Source: Burkholderiales bacterium (GTDB lineage Bacteria; Pseudomonadota; Gammaproteobacteria; Burkholderiales; Ga0077523). From it: 57,746 bases of DNA. The stretch is from NCBI GenBank assembly GCA_040373665.1, contig JBEICA010000001.1, forward strand, positions 1 to 57,746. The letters run 5' to 3'. Numbering within the stretch: the stretch's first letter is position 1; every line of letters starts with the position of its first letter. Under the pieces are notes generated by a model. The model ran no database searches. It was not told where the DNA came from and saw nothing but the letters and a program-made list of their open reading frames with translations. The translations under genes and the position numbers were made by a program. Positions 47,732-57,746 of this stretch are shown one piece after another.

Positions 47732-48644
47732 CCGGCGCGAACAGCACCACCGCCACCAGCACGGCCCCGACGAAAAACTGCCAGTGCAGCGTGTAGCCCG
47801 ACACCACCTCCTCCAGTCCCAGCAGGACGACGGCGCCCAGGGCGGGGCCGAGGAAGCGCCCCACGCCGCCGAGGATGACCATGATCAGCAGCATGCCCGA
47901 CTGGTGCCAGGCGAGCATGCCCGGGCTCGCCATGTCGTTCTGGTTCGCCGCCAGGGCGCCGGCCAATCCGGCCATCGCCCCTGCGATGACGAAGGCTGCC
48001 AGCTTGATGCGCATCACCGGAAAGCCGCTCGCCTCCATGCGCGTCTCGTTTTCGCGCACCCCCTGCAGGGCCTGCCCGAAGCGCGAATTCACCACCCGCC
48101 ACAGCAGGCCGATGGCGGCCACCACCACGACCAGGGTGACGTAGTAGAAGACGGTGTCGGACTTCAGGTCGAGGCCGGGCCAGACGGCGGACCGCGCGCC
48201 CAGCGCCAGCCCGTCCTCGCCACCGTACTCCTTCAGGGACACGAAGACGTAGAACATCATCTGGGCGAACGCCAGAGTGATCATGATGAAGTACACACCG
48301 CGGGTGCGCAGGCTGATCACCCCGATCAGTGCGGCGGCGGCCGCTGCGATCGCCATGGCCAGCGGCCAGCACAGCCAGGCCGACTGGAGTCCGTGAGTGG
48401 CTGCGATGCCGACGACGTAGGCGCCGGTACCGTAATAGGCTGCGTGCCCGAAGCTGACCATGCCGCCGAAGCCCACCAGCAGGTTCAGGCTGATGGCCGC
48501 CAGGGCGTAGATCATGATGCGGCTGGCCAGCACCAGGTAGAAGGGCTCGTCGAGCCAGATCAGCAGCGCCGGCAACAGCGCCGCGCCGGCAAGCACCGGC
48601 AGCAGCACGCCGGCGCGGACGGGATGGTGAAGCGCGGTCGCCAT
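47691..48644 (-). CDS. livM: Branched-chain amino-acid ABC transporter permease (LivM-like)
   Basis: Multi-pass membrane protein. LNLLVGFGGMVSFGHAAYYGTGAY, GVRENETRMEASG. Confidence 0.85.
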   Translation of the reverse strand: MATALHHPVRAGVLLPVLAGAALLPALLIWLDEPFYLVLASRIMIYALAAISLNLLVGFGGMVSFGHAAYYGTGAYVVGIAATHGLQSAWLCWPLAMAIAAAAAALIGVISLRTRGVYFIMITLAFAQMMFYVFVSLKEYGGEDGLALGARSAVWPGLDLKSDTVFYYVTLVVVVAAIGLLWRVVNSRFGQALQGVRENETRMEASGFPVMRIKLAAFVIAGAMAGLAGALAANQNDMASPGMLAWHQSGMLLIMVILGGVGRFLGPALGAVVLLGLEEVVSGYTLHWQFFVGAVLVAVVLFAPDGLVTLGRRWRRG

Positions 48645-48651
48645 GGTCGCT

Positions 48652-49572
48652 TCAGCCGCGGGCGGGGAACAGGCCCTGGGGGCGGAAGAACAGCACGCCG
48701 GCCATGAGCACGTAGATCAGGATCGAGGCCAGCGCCGGGCCGAGGTTGGAGGCCACCGAAGGCGGCAGCACCGCCCGCAGGGACATCGGCAGCAGCGTGC
48801 GCCCCATGGTGTCCACCATGCCGACCAGCAGGGCGCCGACGAAGGCGCCGCGTACCGAGCCGATGCCGCCGATGACGATGACCACGAAGGCGAGGATCAG
48901 CACGCTCTCGCCCATGCCGACCTGGACCGCCAGCAGCGGGCCGAGCAGGGCGCCCGCCAGGGCGCACAGCGCTGCGCCGATGGCGAAGACGAGGGTGAAC
49001 ACGAGACGCACGCGTACGCCCATGATCCGGGCCATCTCGCGGTTGGAGGCCCCCGCGCGCACCAGCATCCCCAGCCGCGTGTGCGCCACCAGGAAGTAGA
49101 GCAGCACCGCCACCGCCAGGCCGACGCCGATGATCATCAGCCGGTAGGCCGGATAGAAAAGGTCGGGTCCGAGCTCGACCGGCCCGGACAGCGCCTGTGG
49201 CGGATTCAGGCTCAGCGCCTCCGGACCCCAGATCATGCGCACCGCCTCGTTGGCCATCAGGATCAGGCCGAAGGTTGCCAGGACCTGATGCAGGTGGTCG
49301 CGCCGGTAGAGGTGCCGCAGCAGCGAACCCTCGAGCAGGGCGCCGAGCACGGCGGTGCCGGCCATGGCGGCGAGCACGGCGAGCACGAAGGAACCCGATG
49401 CCGCGGCGACGCTGGCGGCCAGATAGGCGCCGACCATGTACAGCGAGCCGTGCGCCAGGTTGATCATGTCCATGATGCCGAACACCAGGGTCAGCCCGGC
49501 GGCCAGCAGGAACAGCATCAGGCCGAACTGCAGGCCATTGAGAGCCTGCTCGGCGAGGAGGATGGCATCCAT
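48652..49572 (-). CDS. livH: Branched-chain amino-acid ABC transporter permease (LivH-like)
   Basis: LNGLQFGLMLFLLAAGLTLVFGIMDMINLAHGSLYMVGAY, RAGASNREMARIMG. Confidence 0.85.
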   Translation of the reverse strand: MDAILLAEQALNGLQFGLMLFLLAAGLTLVFGIMDMINLAHGSLYMVGAYLAASVAAASGSFVLAVLAAMAGTAVLGALLEGSLLRHLYRRDHLHQVLATFGLILMANEAVRMIWGPEALSLNPPQALSGPVELGPDLFYPAYRLMIIGVGLAVAVLLYFLVAHTRLGMLVRAGASNREMARIMGVRVRLVFTLVFAIGAALCALAGALLGPLLAVQVGMGESVLILAFVVIVIGGIGSVRGAFVGALLVGMVDTMGRTLLPMSLRAVLPPSVASNLGPALASILIYVLMAGVLFFRPQGLFPARG

Positions 49573-49624
49573 CGATCGGGAACCGTGCGCGTGCGGCGCG
49601 ACGCAACCGTCGCGCCTTCGACCC

Positions 49625-50795
49625 TCACCAGGGCTTCATGCGGCAGGCGGGGGCGTAGAAGTCCGCGTGGTTGGTGAGCACGGTCGAGACCAGCTTGTTG
49701 GTGACGCGACCGCCCGGATCGCGCCAGATCTGCCGCAGGTAGTAGCTCTGCACCGGGAAGTGGTTCACGTTGAACCGGAAATCGCCGCGCACCGACTTGA
49801 AGGGGGGCGGCGGCCAGCGCCTTGCCGAAAGCGGCCTTGTCCTCCACCCGGCCCTTGACGTCGCGCACCGCGGCGTCGAGCAGGCGGGCGGTGTCGTATC
49901 CCTGGGCCGCGTAGACCGTGGGGGTGCGGCCGTACTCCTTCTGGAAATCGGCGACGAAGCGGCGGTTCTCCGCGTTGCCCAGATCGTGCGCCCAGTGCGA
50001 GGTATTGAACATGCCGAGCATCGGGTCGCCCACGGCCTTGATGACGTCCTCGTCGGCCGAGAAGCCGGGGGTGATCAGCGTCATCTGGCGGTTCAAGCCT
50101 GCCGCCACCCACTGCTTGATGAAATTGATGCCCATCCCGCCCGGCTGGAAGATGTAGACCGCCTCGGGCTTGGCGGCCCGCACCTGGGCCAGTTCCGCCG
50201 CGAAATCCAGCTGCCCGAGCTTGGTGTAGATCTCGTCCACGACCTGGCCCTTGTAGAGCCGCTTGAAGCCGGTCAGGGCGTCCTTTCCGGCAGGGTAGTT
50301 CGGCGCCAGCAGCACCACGCTCTTGAGGCCCTTGGTGGTCGCGTAGTGGCCGGCGGCCTCGTGGTAGCCGTCGTTCTGCCAGGACACGGCGTAGAAATAC
50401 GGGTTGCAGCCCTCGCCGGAGTAGGCGCCCGGGCCGGCGTTGGCGCTCACCAGGAAGGTCTGGTTGTCCAGGATGGCTGGCGCGACGGCCAGCATCACGT
50501 TGGAGAACACGATGCCGGTGACCACGTCGACGCGGTCCTTCTTGAGCAGTCGCGAGACCAGCTGCTTGCCGGTGTCCGGGTTCATCTGGTCGTCGACCAC
50601 GATCATCTCCGCCGGAACTCCGCCGAGCTTGCCGCCGTTGGCCTTGAGTGCCAGCGCAAAGGCGTCGCGGATGTCGATCCCCAGGGCCGCGGACGGGCCC
50701 GAGAGGGTGCTCATGAAACCGATGCGGATCTGGTCGGCGGCCGATGCGGCCGAGGCGAGCCCGGCCAGCACGAGCGCGGCAATGGTCTTCTTCAT
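49625..50795 (-). CDS. Leu/Ile/Val-type ABC substrate-binding protein, frameshifted at a G6/C6 run as assembled
   Basis: ORF 49518..50795 reads well (MKKTIAALVLAGLASAASA..., signal peptide and type-I PBP fold) up to ...GKALAAAP, then turns Arg/Pro-rich. The adjacent frame from 49801 gives FKSVRGDFRFNVNHFPVQSYYLRQIW...CRMKPW*, with a stop at 49625-49627. Confidence 0.8.
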
Positions 50796-51247
50796 ACGTG
50801 TCCTCGGAGTGGAAGCCGGACCGCCGTGTGGCGGCTGCCGGTCGCCCCGGCGGCAGTCACCCCGGCGGCCGGGTCGGATGTTAACCCGGATGTTTCGTCA
50901 GGCCGCGGGATGATGGCGGGCAAGTGGGGGCGACCGTCGATGGGGTGTGGCCGACCGGATGCGGCTCATTTCTGCTGTGCTGCCGCACAAATTTTCACAA
51001 ATGCAAAGGTGGCTCCTCTCACGATATCGATGCTGCAAGGCACCATGGCGCGGCCTGGGATGGCCGGCCGGAAGCATCCCCCGGCCGCGACGCGTTTGTC
51101 GCGCTCGACACGGGTCGATGCGGGGTTTATTGTCAGGCGCCGTCGGGCTCCGGGTGATGCGGCGCAGGCCTCCGCCACAAGGGGGTGGCACGTGGCGCGC
51201 GGGCCGGGCGGGATAAATACATGTCACGACCTCTGGGAGGACTTGAA

Positions 51248-51697
51248 ATGGATGTGAAGATCAACAAGAAGGGCACCAGCTTCAATGGTGATCCGCAGAT
51301 GCCGCTCATGTGGTACCTGCGTGACGAACTCGGTCTCACGGGCACCAAGTTCGGTTGTGGTGTCGGCCTCTGCGGCGCGTGCACTGTGCACGTCAACGGC
51401 AAGGCGATCCGCTCCTGCGTCACGCCGATGAGCGAGGTCGCCGGTCAGGCGGTCACGACCATCGAGGGTCTGTCGCCGGACGGCAGCCACCCGGTGCAGA
51501 AGGCCTGGCGTGCGCACAACGTGCCCCAGTGCGGCTACTGCCAGTCCGGCCAGATCATGCAGGCGGCGGCGCTGCTCAACGCCAACGCCAAGCCCAGCGA
51601 CGACCAGATCTCCGAGATGATGGCGGGGAACATCTGCCGTTGCGGCTGTTACCAGCGGATCCACGCCGCGGTCAAGTCTGCCGCCCAGGGAGCCTGA
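51248..51697 (+). CDS. (2Fe-2S)-binding small subunit of an IorAB/aldehyde-oxidoreductase-type molybdoenzyme
   Basis: Part of ORF 51185..51697. [21 protein letters not shown] and [10 protein letters not shown]...NICRCGCY. Confidence 0.85.
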   Translation: MDVKINKKGTSFNGDPQMPLMWYLRDELGLTGTKFGCGVGLCGACTVHVNGKAIRSCVTPMSEVAGQAVTTIEGLSPDGSHPVQKAWRAHNVPQCGYCQSGQIMQAAALLNANAKPSDDQISEMMAGNICRCGCYQRIHAAVKSAAQGA

Positions 51698-51698
51698 C

Positions 51699-54023
51699 AT
51701 GAAATTCGAACAATATTCCGATCACCCCGTTCTCGAGAACGTCAGCCGCCGCAACGCCCTCAAGGGCATCGTCTCAGGCAGTGGTCTGGTCCTCGCGGCT
51801 CAGTTCCTGCCGCTTGAAGCCATGGCCGATGGCAGCCAGGTCAACCAGTACGAAACCGGCGCGGGCGGCATGCCCGGCGGCGTCGTGTGGGATCCGCATG
51901 TCTTCGTGTCGATCGCCAAGGACGGCACCGTCACCATCGTGACCCACCGCTCCGAGATGGGCACGGGTTCGCGCACCAGCCTGCCCATGGTCGTGGCCGA
52001 CGAGATGGAAGCCGACTGGGCCAAGGTCAAGATCGTCCAGGCCCCCGGCAACGAGGCCAAGTACGGCAACCAGGACACCGACGGTTCGCGCAGCATCCGC
52101 CATTTCATCCAGCCGATGCGCGCCTGCGGCGCTGCCGCCCGCCAGATGCTGGAGAAGGCCGCGGCCCTGGCCTGGAGCGTGCCCGATACCGAAGTGCGCG
52201 CCCAGAACCACAAGGTGGTGCACGTGCCGACCGGCAAGACCATCGGTTACGGCGAACTCGCAGAAGCGGCTGCCGCGCTGCCGACGCCCAAGGCCCGCAC
52301 CCTGACGCTGAAGGACCCCTCGCAGTTCCGCTACATCGGCAAGGGCAATGTCCAGATCACCGATCTGATGGACATCACCACCGGCAAGGCGACCTACGCC
52401 CAGGACGTGCGTGTCCCCGACATGCTCTATGCCGTGATCGAGCGTCCGCCCGTGGTGCTCGGCAAGGCCGTCAAGTGGGACGAGGCCGCGGCCATGGCCG
52501 TGCCTGGCGTCAAGAAGGTGGTGTTCCTGGCCCCGACGCCGATGCCCGCCGTCTTCGCCCCCCTGGGTGGTGTGGCGGTCATCGCCAACAGCACCTACGC
52601 CGCGCTCAAGGGCCGTGCCGCCCTGAACGTGCAGTGGGAGGACGGCCCGAACGCCGACTACGACTCCGACAAGTACAAGGAGATGATGGCCGCCTCGGCG
52701 CGCAAGCCCGGCAAGGTCGAGCGCAACGAGGGTGACGTCGACGGCGCCCTGGCCGGTGCCGCCAAGGTCGTCGAGCGCGAGTACTACATCCCGCACGGTC
52801 ACCACGCGACGATGGAGCCGCCTGCGGCCGTCTGCCGCATCCAGGGTGGCAAGGCCGAGGTCTGGGCCTGCGTGCAGAGCCCTGGCGGCACGCGCGGCAG
52901 CGTGGCCGGCGCCCTCGGCATGAAGGAGGACGACGTCACCGTCAACGTCACGCTTCTGGGCGGTGGTTTCGGCCGCAAGTCCAAGTGTGACTTCGCCATC
53001 GAGGCGGCCCTGCTGTCCCGCACCATGGGTGGCCAGGCGGTCAAGGTGGTGTGGACCCGCGAGGACGACATCCAGCACGGCTTCTACCACTCCGTGTCCT
53101 ACCAGCACGTCACGGCCGGTCTGGACAAGAGCGGCAAGGTGATCGCCTGGCGTCATCGCAGCGTCTCCCCCTCGCTCATGTCCAACTTCATGCCCGATCC
53201 GAAGCGCGAGAGCGCCCTGGAGCTGGGCCTGGGCCTGATCGACACGCCGTTCAACGTCCCGAACCTGCGCCTGGAGACGGGCGAGGCCGTGGCGAAGACC
53301 CGGATCGGCTGGTTCCGCTCGGTGAACAACATTCCCCACGCCTTCGCCATGCAGTCCATGGTGGCGGAACTCGCGGCGGAACTGGGCAAGGATCCGAAGG
53401 ACTTCCTGCTCGAGATGATCGGGCCGGCCCGCATCGTCGACGCCCGCAAGGCCACCACGCAGGAACTGTGGAACTACGGCGACCCCTGGGACACCTACCC
53501 GATCGACACCGGTCGCCTGCGTGCCGTGGTCGAGCGTGCAGCCAAGGAAGCCGGCTGGGGCAAGAAGCTCCCTCCCGGCCAGGGCCTGGGCATCGCCTGC
53601 CAGCGCAGCTTCCTGTCCTACGTCGCCACGGTGGTGCACGTGGCGGTGGACAAGGACGGCACGGTGACCGTGCCGCGCGTCGACACGGCCTTCGACTGCG
53701 GTTTCTGCGTGAATCCGGAGCGTGTCCGTTCCCAGGTGGAAGGTGCGTCGGTGATGGGCCTGTCCATTGCCAAGCTCACCAACATCACCTTCAAGAACGG
53801 CCGGGTGCAGCAGAACAACTTCGGTGACTACCGGGTGCTGCGCATCGGTGAGGGTGCCATGAACGTGCACACGCACATCATGCCCCACACCATCGCGACG
53901 CCGTCCAGCGGTGTGGGCGAGCCGGGCGTTCCGCCCTTCGCGCCGGCGTTCATGAACGCCATCCACGCCGCGACCGGCAAGCGCATCCGCAACCTCCCGC
54001 TTGGCGACCAGCTGAGCGCCTGA
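51699..54023 (+). CDS. Molybdopterin-binding large subunit (xanthine dehydrogenase family, IorB-like), Tat signal
   Basis: SRRNALKGIVSGSGLVLAA twin-Arg signal. HRSEMGTGSRTSLP, GGGFGRK, GVGEPGVPP. Confidence 0.85.
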   Translation: MKFEQYSDHPVLENVSRRNALKGIVSGSGLVLAAQFLPLEAMADGSQVNQYETGAGGMPGGVVWDPHVFVSIAKDGTVTIVTHRSEMGTGSRTSLPMVVADEMEADWAKVKIVQAPGNEAKYGNQDTDGSRSIRHFIQPMRACGAAARQMLEKAAALAWSVPDTEVRAQNHKVVHVPTGKTIGYGELAEAAAALPTPKARTLTLKDPSQFRYIGKGNVQITDLMDITTGKATYAQDVRVPDMLYAVIERPPVVLGKAVKWDEAAAMAVPGVKKVVFLAPTPMPAVFAPLGGVAVIANSTYAALKGRAALNVQWEDGPNADYDSDKYKEMMAASARKPGKVERNEGDVDGALAGAAKVVEREYYIPHGHHATMEPPAAVCRIQGGKAEVWACVQSPGGTRGSVAGALGMKEDDVTVNVTLLGGGFGRKSKCDFAIEAALLSRTMGGQAVKVVWTREDDIQHGFYHSVSYQHVTAGLDKSGKVIAWRHRSVSPSLMSNFMPDPKRESALELGLGLIDTPFNVPNLRLETGEAVAKTRIGWFRSVNNIPHAFAMQSMVAELAAELGKDPKDFLLEMIGPARIVDARKATTQELWNYGDPWDTYPIDTGRLRAVVERAAKEAGWGKKLPPGQGLGIACQRSFLSYVATVVHVAVDKDGTVTVPRVDTAFDCGFCVNPERVRSQVEGASVMGLSIAKLTNITFKNGRVQQNNFGDYRVLRIGEGAMNVHTHIMPHTIATPSSGVGEPGVPPFAPAFMNAIHAATGKRIRNLPLGDQLSA

Positions 54024-54029
54024 CCGGAC

Positions 54030-54108
54030 GGGCCGGGGTGTGCCCCGGCCCGCTCGGACGAGTTTGAGATCGCTTTGCGCCCGCTCTTTCGAGAGCGGGC
54101 TTTTTTTT
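54030..54108 (+). terminator. Tandem hairpins; the second is a canonical Rho-independent terminator
   Basis: GGGCCGGGG-tgtg-CCCCGGCCC (54030-54051), then GCCCGCTC-tttcga-GAGCGGGC followed by T8 (54079-54108). Confidence 0.8.
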
Positions 54109-54241
54109 GCCCCGTCGGTGCGTGCCCGGGCAGCCTGGAACAGGCTGGTGCGGCCGATGCTGCGCTGCGCCAAACGGGCTATGATCCGGCGTCCCGCGCG
54201 AATGGGTCGGGCGGGCGCCGCCAGCCAGAAAGTCCGCCAAG

Positions 54242-57200
54242 ATGAAGACCATCCGCAGCCTGCTCGTCGCCAATCGTTCCGAAATCGCCATCCGCGTCAT
54301 GCGGGCTGCCGCCGAGATGGGCATACGCACCGTGGCGATCTTCTCCAACGAGGACCGCTTCGCCCTGCATCGCTTCAAGGCGGACGAGAGTTACCTGGTC
54401 GGGGCCGGACGCAAGCCCATTCAGGCCTATCTCGACATCGAGGACGTGCTGCGCATCGCCCAGGAAGCCGGGGTGGATGCCATTCACCCTGGTTACGGTT
54501 TCCTGTCCGAGAACCCGGACTTCGCCGAGGCCTGCGACAAGGCCGGCATCACCTTCATCGGTCCGCGGCCCGAGGTCATGCGCCTGCTCGGCAACAAGGT
54601 GGCGGCCCGGGCGCTGGCGGAGAAGATGGGGGTGCCGGTGGTGCCGGCCACAGGGGCGCTGCCGGCCGACTACGACGAGGCGCGGCGCATGGCGGCCGCC
54701 GTGGGCTATCCGTTGATGCTCAAGGCGAGCTGGGGCGGCGGCGGACGTGGCATGCGGGTGGTGGAGTCGGAGTCCGAACTGTTCCACAACCTCGAGGTGG
54801 CCCGGCGCGAAGCTCTTGCGGCCTTCGGCAACGACGAGGTCTATCTGGAAAGGCTGGTGCGGCGCGCCCGCCACGTCGAGGTGCAGGTCATGGGCGACAA
54901 GCACGGCAACCTCGTGCACCTGTTCGAGCGCGACTGCTCGGTGCAGCGCCGCAACCAGAAGGTGGTGGAGCGGGCGCCCGCGCCTTATCTGGATGACGCG
55001 CGGCGTGCGGAGTTGTGCGAGGCGGCCCTCACGCTGGCCCGCGGGGCAGGCTATACCCATGCCGGGACGGTCGAGTTCCTCATGGACGCCGACACCGGGC
55101 GCTTCTACTTCATCGAGGTCAACCCGCGCATCCAGGTGGAGCACACCGTCACCGAACAGATCACCGGCGTCGACATCGTCAAGGCGCAGATCCGCATCAG
55201 CGAGGGCGCCCGGATCGGTGATCCGGATGCCTACGTGCCGCGTCAGGAGGACCTGCGCATCAACGGTGCGGCCCTGCAGTGTCGCGTCACCACCGAGGAC
55301 CCGGAGAACCAGTTCACCCCGGATTACGGGCGGATCTCGGTCTACCGCAGCGCCGCCGGCTTCGGCATCCGGCTCGATGCCGGCACCGCCTACAGCGGCG
55401 CGGTGATCACGCCCTACTACGACTCCCTCCTGGTGAAGGTCACCGCGTGGGGCCACAACAAGGAGGAGGCGATCGCGCGCATGGACCGCGCCCTGCGCGA
55501 ATTCCGCATCCGTGGCGTGTCCAGCAACCTGCAGTTCCTGGAGAACGTCATCCGGCATCCGCAGTTCGTCAGTGGCCAATGCATCACCCGCTTCATCGAC
55601 GAGACACCGGAGCTGTTCCGCTTCGGCCAGAGGCGCGACCGTGCCACCAAGCTGCTCGGCTTCATCGGCGACGTCGTGGTGAACGGCAATCCCGAAATGA
55701 AGCGCCGCCGGCGAGAGGAGGTGCCGCCTCCACCTGCCCAGCTGCCGCGGGCACGGATGGGGGTCGAAGTGCCGCCCGGTTCGCGCGACCGTCTCAAGGC
55801 ACTGGGTGCCGAGGGCTTCGCGCAGTGGATGAAGTCCGAGCAGCGCGTGCTGCTCACCGACACCACGATGCGCGACGCGCACCAATCGCTGTTCGCCACG
55901 CGCATGCGCACCCACGACATGCTGCCCATCGCCCCGTGGTACGCGCGGCTGGCACCAGGGCTGTTGTCGCTGGAATGCTGGGGTGGGGCCACCTTCGACG
56001 TCGCGCTGCGCTTCCTCAAGGAGGATCCCTGGCAGCGTCTGGCCCTGCTGCGCCAGGCCATCCCGAACGTCTGCTTCCAGATGCTGCTGCGTTCCTCCAA
56101 TGCGGTGGGCTACACCAACTACCCGGACAACGTGGTGCGCTACTTCGTGCAGCAGGCGGCGAAGCAGGGCATCGACATCTTCCGCGTGTTCGATTCGCTC
56201 AACTGGGTGGAGAACATGCGCGTCGCCATCGACGCCGTGCGCGAGACCGGCGCGGTATGCGAGGCGGCCATCTGCTACACCGGCGATCTCTTCGATGCCT
56301 CGCGTCCGAAGTACAACCTGCGGTACTACGTCGACATGGCCAAGGCGCTGGAGCGCGCCGGGGCCCACGTGCTCGGCATCAAGGACATGGCGGGCGTCTG
56401 CCGCCCGCGTGCAGCGCGGGCGCTTGTCAAGGCCCTGAAGGAGGAAGTGGGGCTGCCGATCCACTTCCATACCCACGACACCAGCGGCATCGGAGCCGCC
56501 AGCGTCCTCGCCGCCGTCGAGGCCGGGGTCGATGCCGTCGATGGCGCCCTGGACGCGATGAGCGGCCTCACCTCCCAGCCCAACCTGGGCTCCGTGGTGG
56601 CCGCGCTCGAGGGCACGGAGCGCGCGCCTGATGTCGATCTCGAGGCACTGAAGTCGCTGTCGACCTACTGGGAGGGCGTGCGCCGTCATTACGCGCCGTT
56701 CGAGGCCGACATGCGGGCCGGCACCTCGGACGTCTATCTGCACGAGATGCCGGGCGGGCAGTACACGAACCTGCGCGAGCAGGCCAGGGCGATGGGGCTG
56801 GAGCACCGCTGGCCCGAGGTCTCACGCGCCTATGCCCAGGTGAACCGCATGTTCGGCGACATCGTCAAGGTCACCCCCACGTCCAAGGTGGTCGGAGATC
56901 TGGCGCTGTTCATGGTCGCCAACGACCTCTCCCCGGAGGACGTGCTCGACTCCTCGCGCGAGATCGCCTTCCCCGAGTCGGTGGTGTCCATGCTGCGCGG
57001 CGAACTCGGCTTCCCGGTCGATGGCTTCCCGGAGGACATCACCCGACGCGTGCTCAAGGGCGAGCAGCCCATCCAGGGGCGTGCGGCCGCCTACCTGCCG
57101 CCGGCCGACCTCGAGGCCGTCCGGGCGCAGGGGGAGCAGGCCGCCGGACGCAGGCTGAGCGACACCGACCTCGCGTCCTATCTCATGTATCCCAAGGTGT

Positions 57201-57688
57201 TCGTCGACTTCGCCCGTCATCTGCGCCAGTTCGACGACGTCTCCACCATCCCGACGCCGGTGTTCTTCAACGGCATGCGCGATGGCGACGAGGCCGCGGT
57301 GGACATCGACCGGGGCAAGACCCTGGTGATCCGGCTCCAGGGCCGGACCGACTTGGACGAGGAAGGGCAGGTCCGCCTGTTCTTCGAGCTGAACGGGCAG
57401 GCCCGCGTGGTGCGCGTGCCGAAGGCCGGGGTGGCCTCGTCGGTGAAGCAGCGGCTCAAGGCCGAGGATGGCAACGTCAACCACATCGGGGCGCCGATGC
57501 CGGGCAACGTGGTGCTGGTGCCGGTGAAGCCGGGCCAGGCGGTGAAGAAGGGCGACCCCCTGGTGTCCATCGAGGCGATGAAGATGGAGAGCGTCATTCG
57601 CGCCGAGCGTGACTGCCACGTCAAGGCGGTGCACGTGAAGGCAGGCGAGGCCGTGACGGCCAAGGACCTGCTGCTGGAACTGCAGTGA
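54242..57688 (+). CDS. pyc: Pyruvate carboxylase (single-chain, biotin-dependent)
   Basis: 1148 aa. Biotin carboxylase domain (IRSLLVANRSEIAIRVMRAA), carboxyltransferase domain (LLTDTTMRDAHQSL, FHTHDTSG), C-terminal biotinyl domain (IEAMKME). Confidence 0.95.
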   Translation: MKTIRSLLVANRSEIAIRVMRAAAEMGIRTVAIFSNEDRFALHRFKADESYLVGAGRKPIQAYLDIEDVLRIAQEAGVDAIHPGYGFLSENPDFAEACDKAGITFIGPRPEVMRLLGNKVAARALAEKMGVPVVPATGALPADYDEARRMAAAVGYPLMLKASWGGGGRGMRVVESESELFHNLEVARREALAAFGNDEVYLERLVRRARHVEVQVMGDKHGNLVHLFERDCSVQRRNQKVVERAPAPYLDDARRAELCEAALTLARGAGYTHAGTVEFLMDADTGRFYFIEVNPRIQVEHTVTEQITGVDIVKAQIRISEGARIGDPDAYVPRQEDLRINGAALQCRVTTEDPENQFTPDYGRISVYRSAAGFGIRLDAGTAYSGAVITPYYDSLLVKVTAWGHNKEEAIARMDRALREFRIRGVSSNLQFLENVIRHPQFVSGQCITRFIDETPELFRFGQRRDRATKLLGFIGDVVVNGNPEMKRRRREEVPPPPAQLPRARMGVEVPPGSRDRLKALGAEGFAQWMKSEQRVLLTDTTMRDAHQSLFATRMRTHDMLPIAPWYARLAPGLLSLECWGGATFDVALRFLKEDPWQRLALLRQAIPNVCFQMLLRSSNAVGYTNYPDNVVRYFVQQAAKQGIDIFRVFDSLNWVENMRVAIDAVRETGAVCEAAICYTGDLFDASRPKYNLRYYVDMAKALERAGAHVLGIKDMAGVCRPRAARALVKALKEEVGLPIHFHTHDTSGIGAASVLAAVEAGVDAVDGALDAMSGLTSQPNLGSVVAALEGTERAPDVDLEALKSLSTYWEGVRRHYAPFEADMRAGTSDVYLHEMPGGQYTNLREQARAMGLEHRWPEVSRAYAQVNRMFGDIVKVTPTSKVVGDLALFMVANDLSPEDVLDSSREIAFPESVVSMLRGELGFPVDGFPEDITRRVLKGEQPIQGRAAAYLPPADLEAVRAQGEQAAGRRLSDTDLASYLMYPKVFVDFARHLRQFDDVSTIPTPVFFNGMRDGDEAAVDIDRGKTLVIRLQGRTDLDEEGQVRLFFELNGQARVVRVPKAGVASSVKQRLKAEDGNVNHIGAPMPGNVVLVPVKPGQAVKKGDPLVSIEAMKMESVIRAERDCHVKAVHVKAGEAVTAKDLLLELQ

Positions 57689-57746
57689 CCGCACCCGGAT
57701 CCTGACGTCTCGCGGGGATTGAGGGGCGGTTCGGGGCGGTCCCGGC

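Noticed and set aside
51186-51200. TGGCAC motif upstream of the IorA-like gene, as a possible sigma54 promoter
   Set aside because: The required downstream TTGC(A/T) element at the correct 5-nt spacing is absent; the sequence is GCGC instead.
51774-54173. 799-aa minus-strand ORF
   Set aside because: Antisense to the IorB-like molybdopterin subunit. No motifs and shadow composition.
54179-56806. 875-aa minus-strand ORF
   Set aside because: Antisense to pyruvate carboxylase, whose motifs are unambiguous. Low-complexity Arg/Gly/His-rich composition.

Overview
Very GC-rich window (about two-thirds G+C by eye, with strong third-position GC bias), most likely from a beta- or gammaproteobacterium. 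I can support about 46 protein-coding genes. I found no rRNA, tRNA, CRISPR array, transposase or integrase. Many long 'shadow' ORFs lie antisense to real genes, and I discarded them.

Two modules stand out.

(1) A divergent copper membrane monooxygenase operon on the minus strand (3.9-11.3 kb). It runs xmoC-xmoA-xmoB in pmo/amo-like CAB order. Downstream follow a PmoD/AmoD-like single-pass protein, CopC, a CopD-cytochrome c-thioredoxin-like fusion, an alpha/beta esterase and a PCu(A)C copper chaperone. All canonical metal ligands are present. No methanol dehydrogenase or hydroxylamine oxidoreductase partner appears in the window, so the substrate is unknown.

(2) A cyanophycin-related locus (33.3-43.8 kb) with three CphA paralogs showing complementary domain decay:
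- one full-length;
- one with a G (ATP-grasp) domain that keeps most motifs and a dead, truncated M (Mur-ligase-like) domain, resembling CphA2;
- one with a gutted G domain and an intact M domain.
They surround an ABC exporter with a long N-terminal extra domain and a translationally coupled protein I assign, from memory, to DUF1854.

Other content: two PEP-CTERM proteins, FdsA/FdsD formate dehydrogenase, a NitT/TauT-type ABC importer, an NfeD/SPFH pair, a periplasmic binding protein-ExbB-ExbD-TonB operon, a D-aminoacylase, a Crp regulator, an FKBP isomerase, ribosomal protein THX, an M14 carboxypeptidase, a LarA-like protein, a GGDEF-EAL protein, FadB, a LivFGMHK transporter, an IorAB-type molybdoenzyme and pyruvate carboxylase.

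Three genes (fdsA, tonB and the Liv-type binding protein) are frame-disrupted as assembled. One break is at a G6/C6 run and the other two lie next to short runs, so indel sequencing error must be excluded before calling them pseudogenes.
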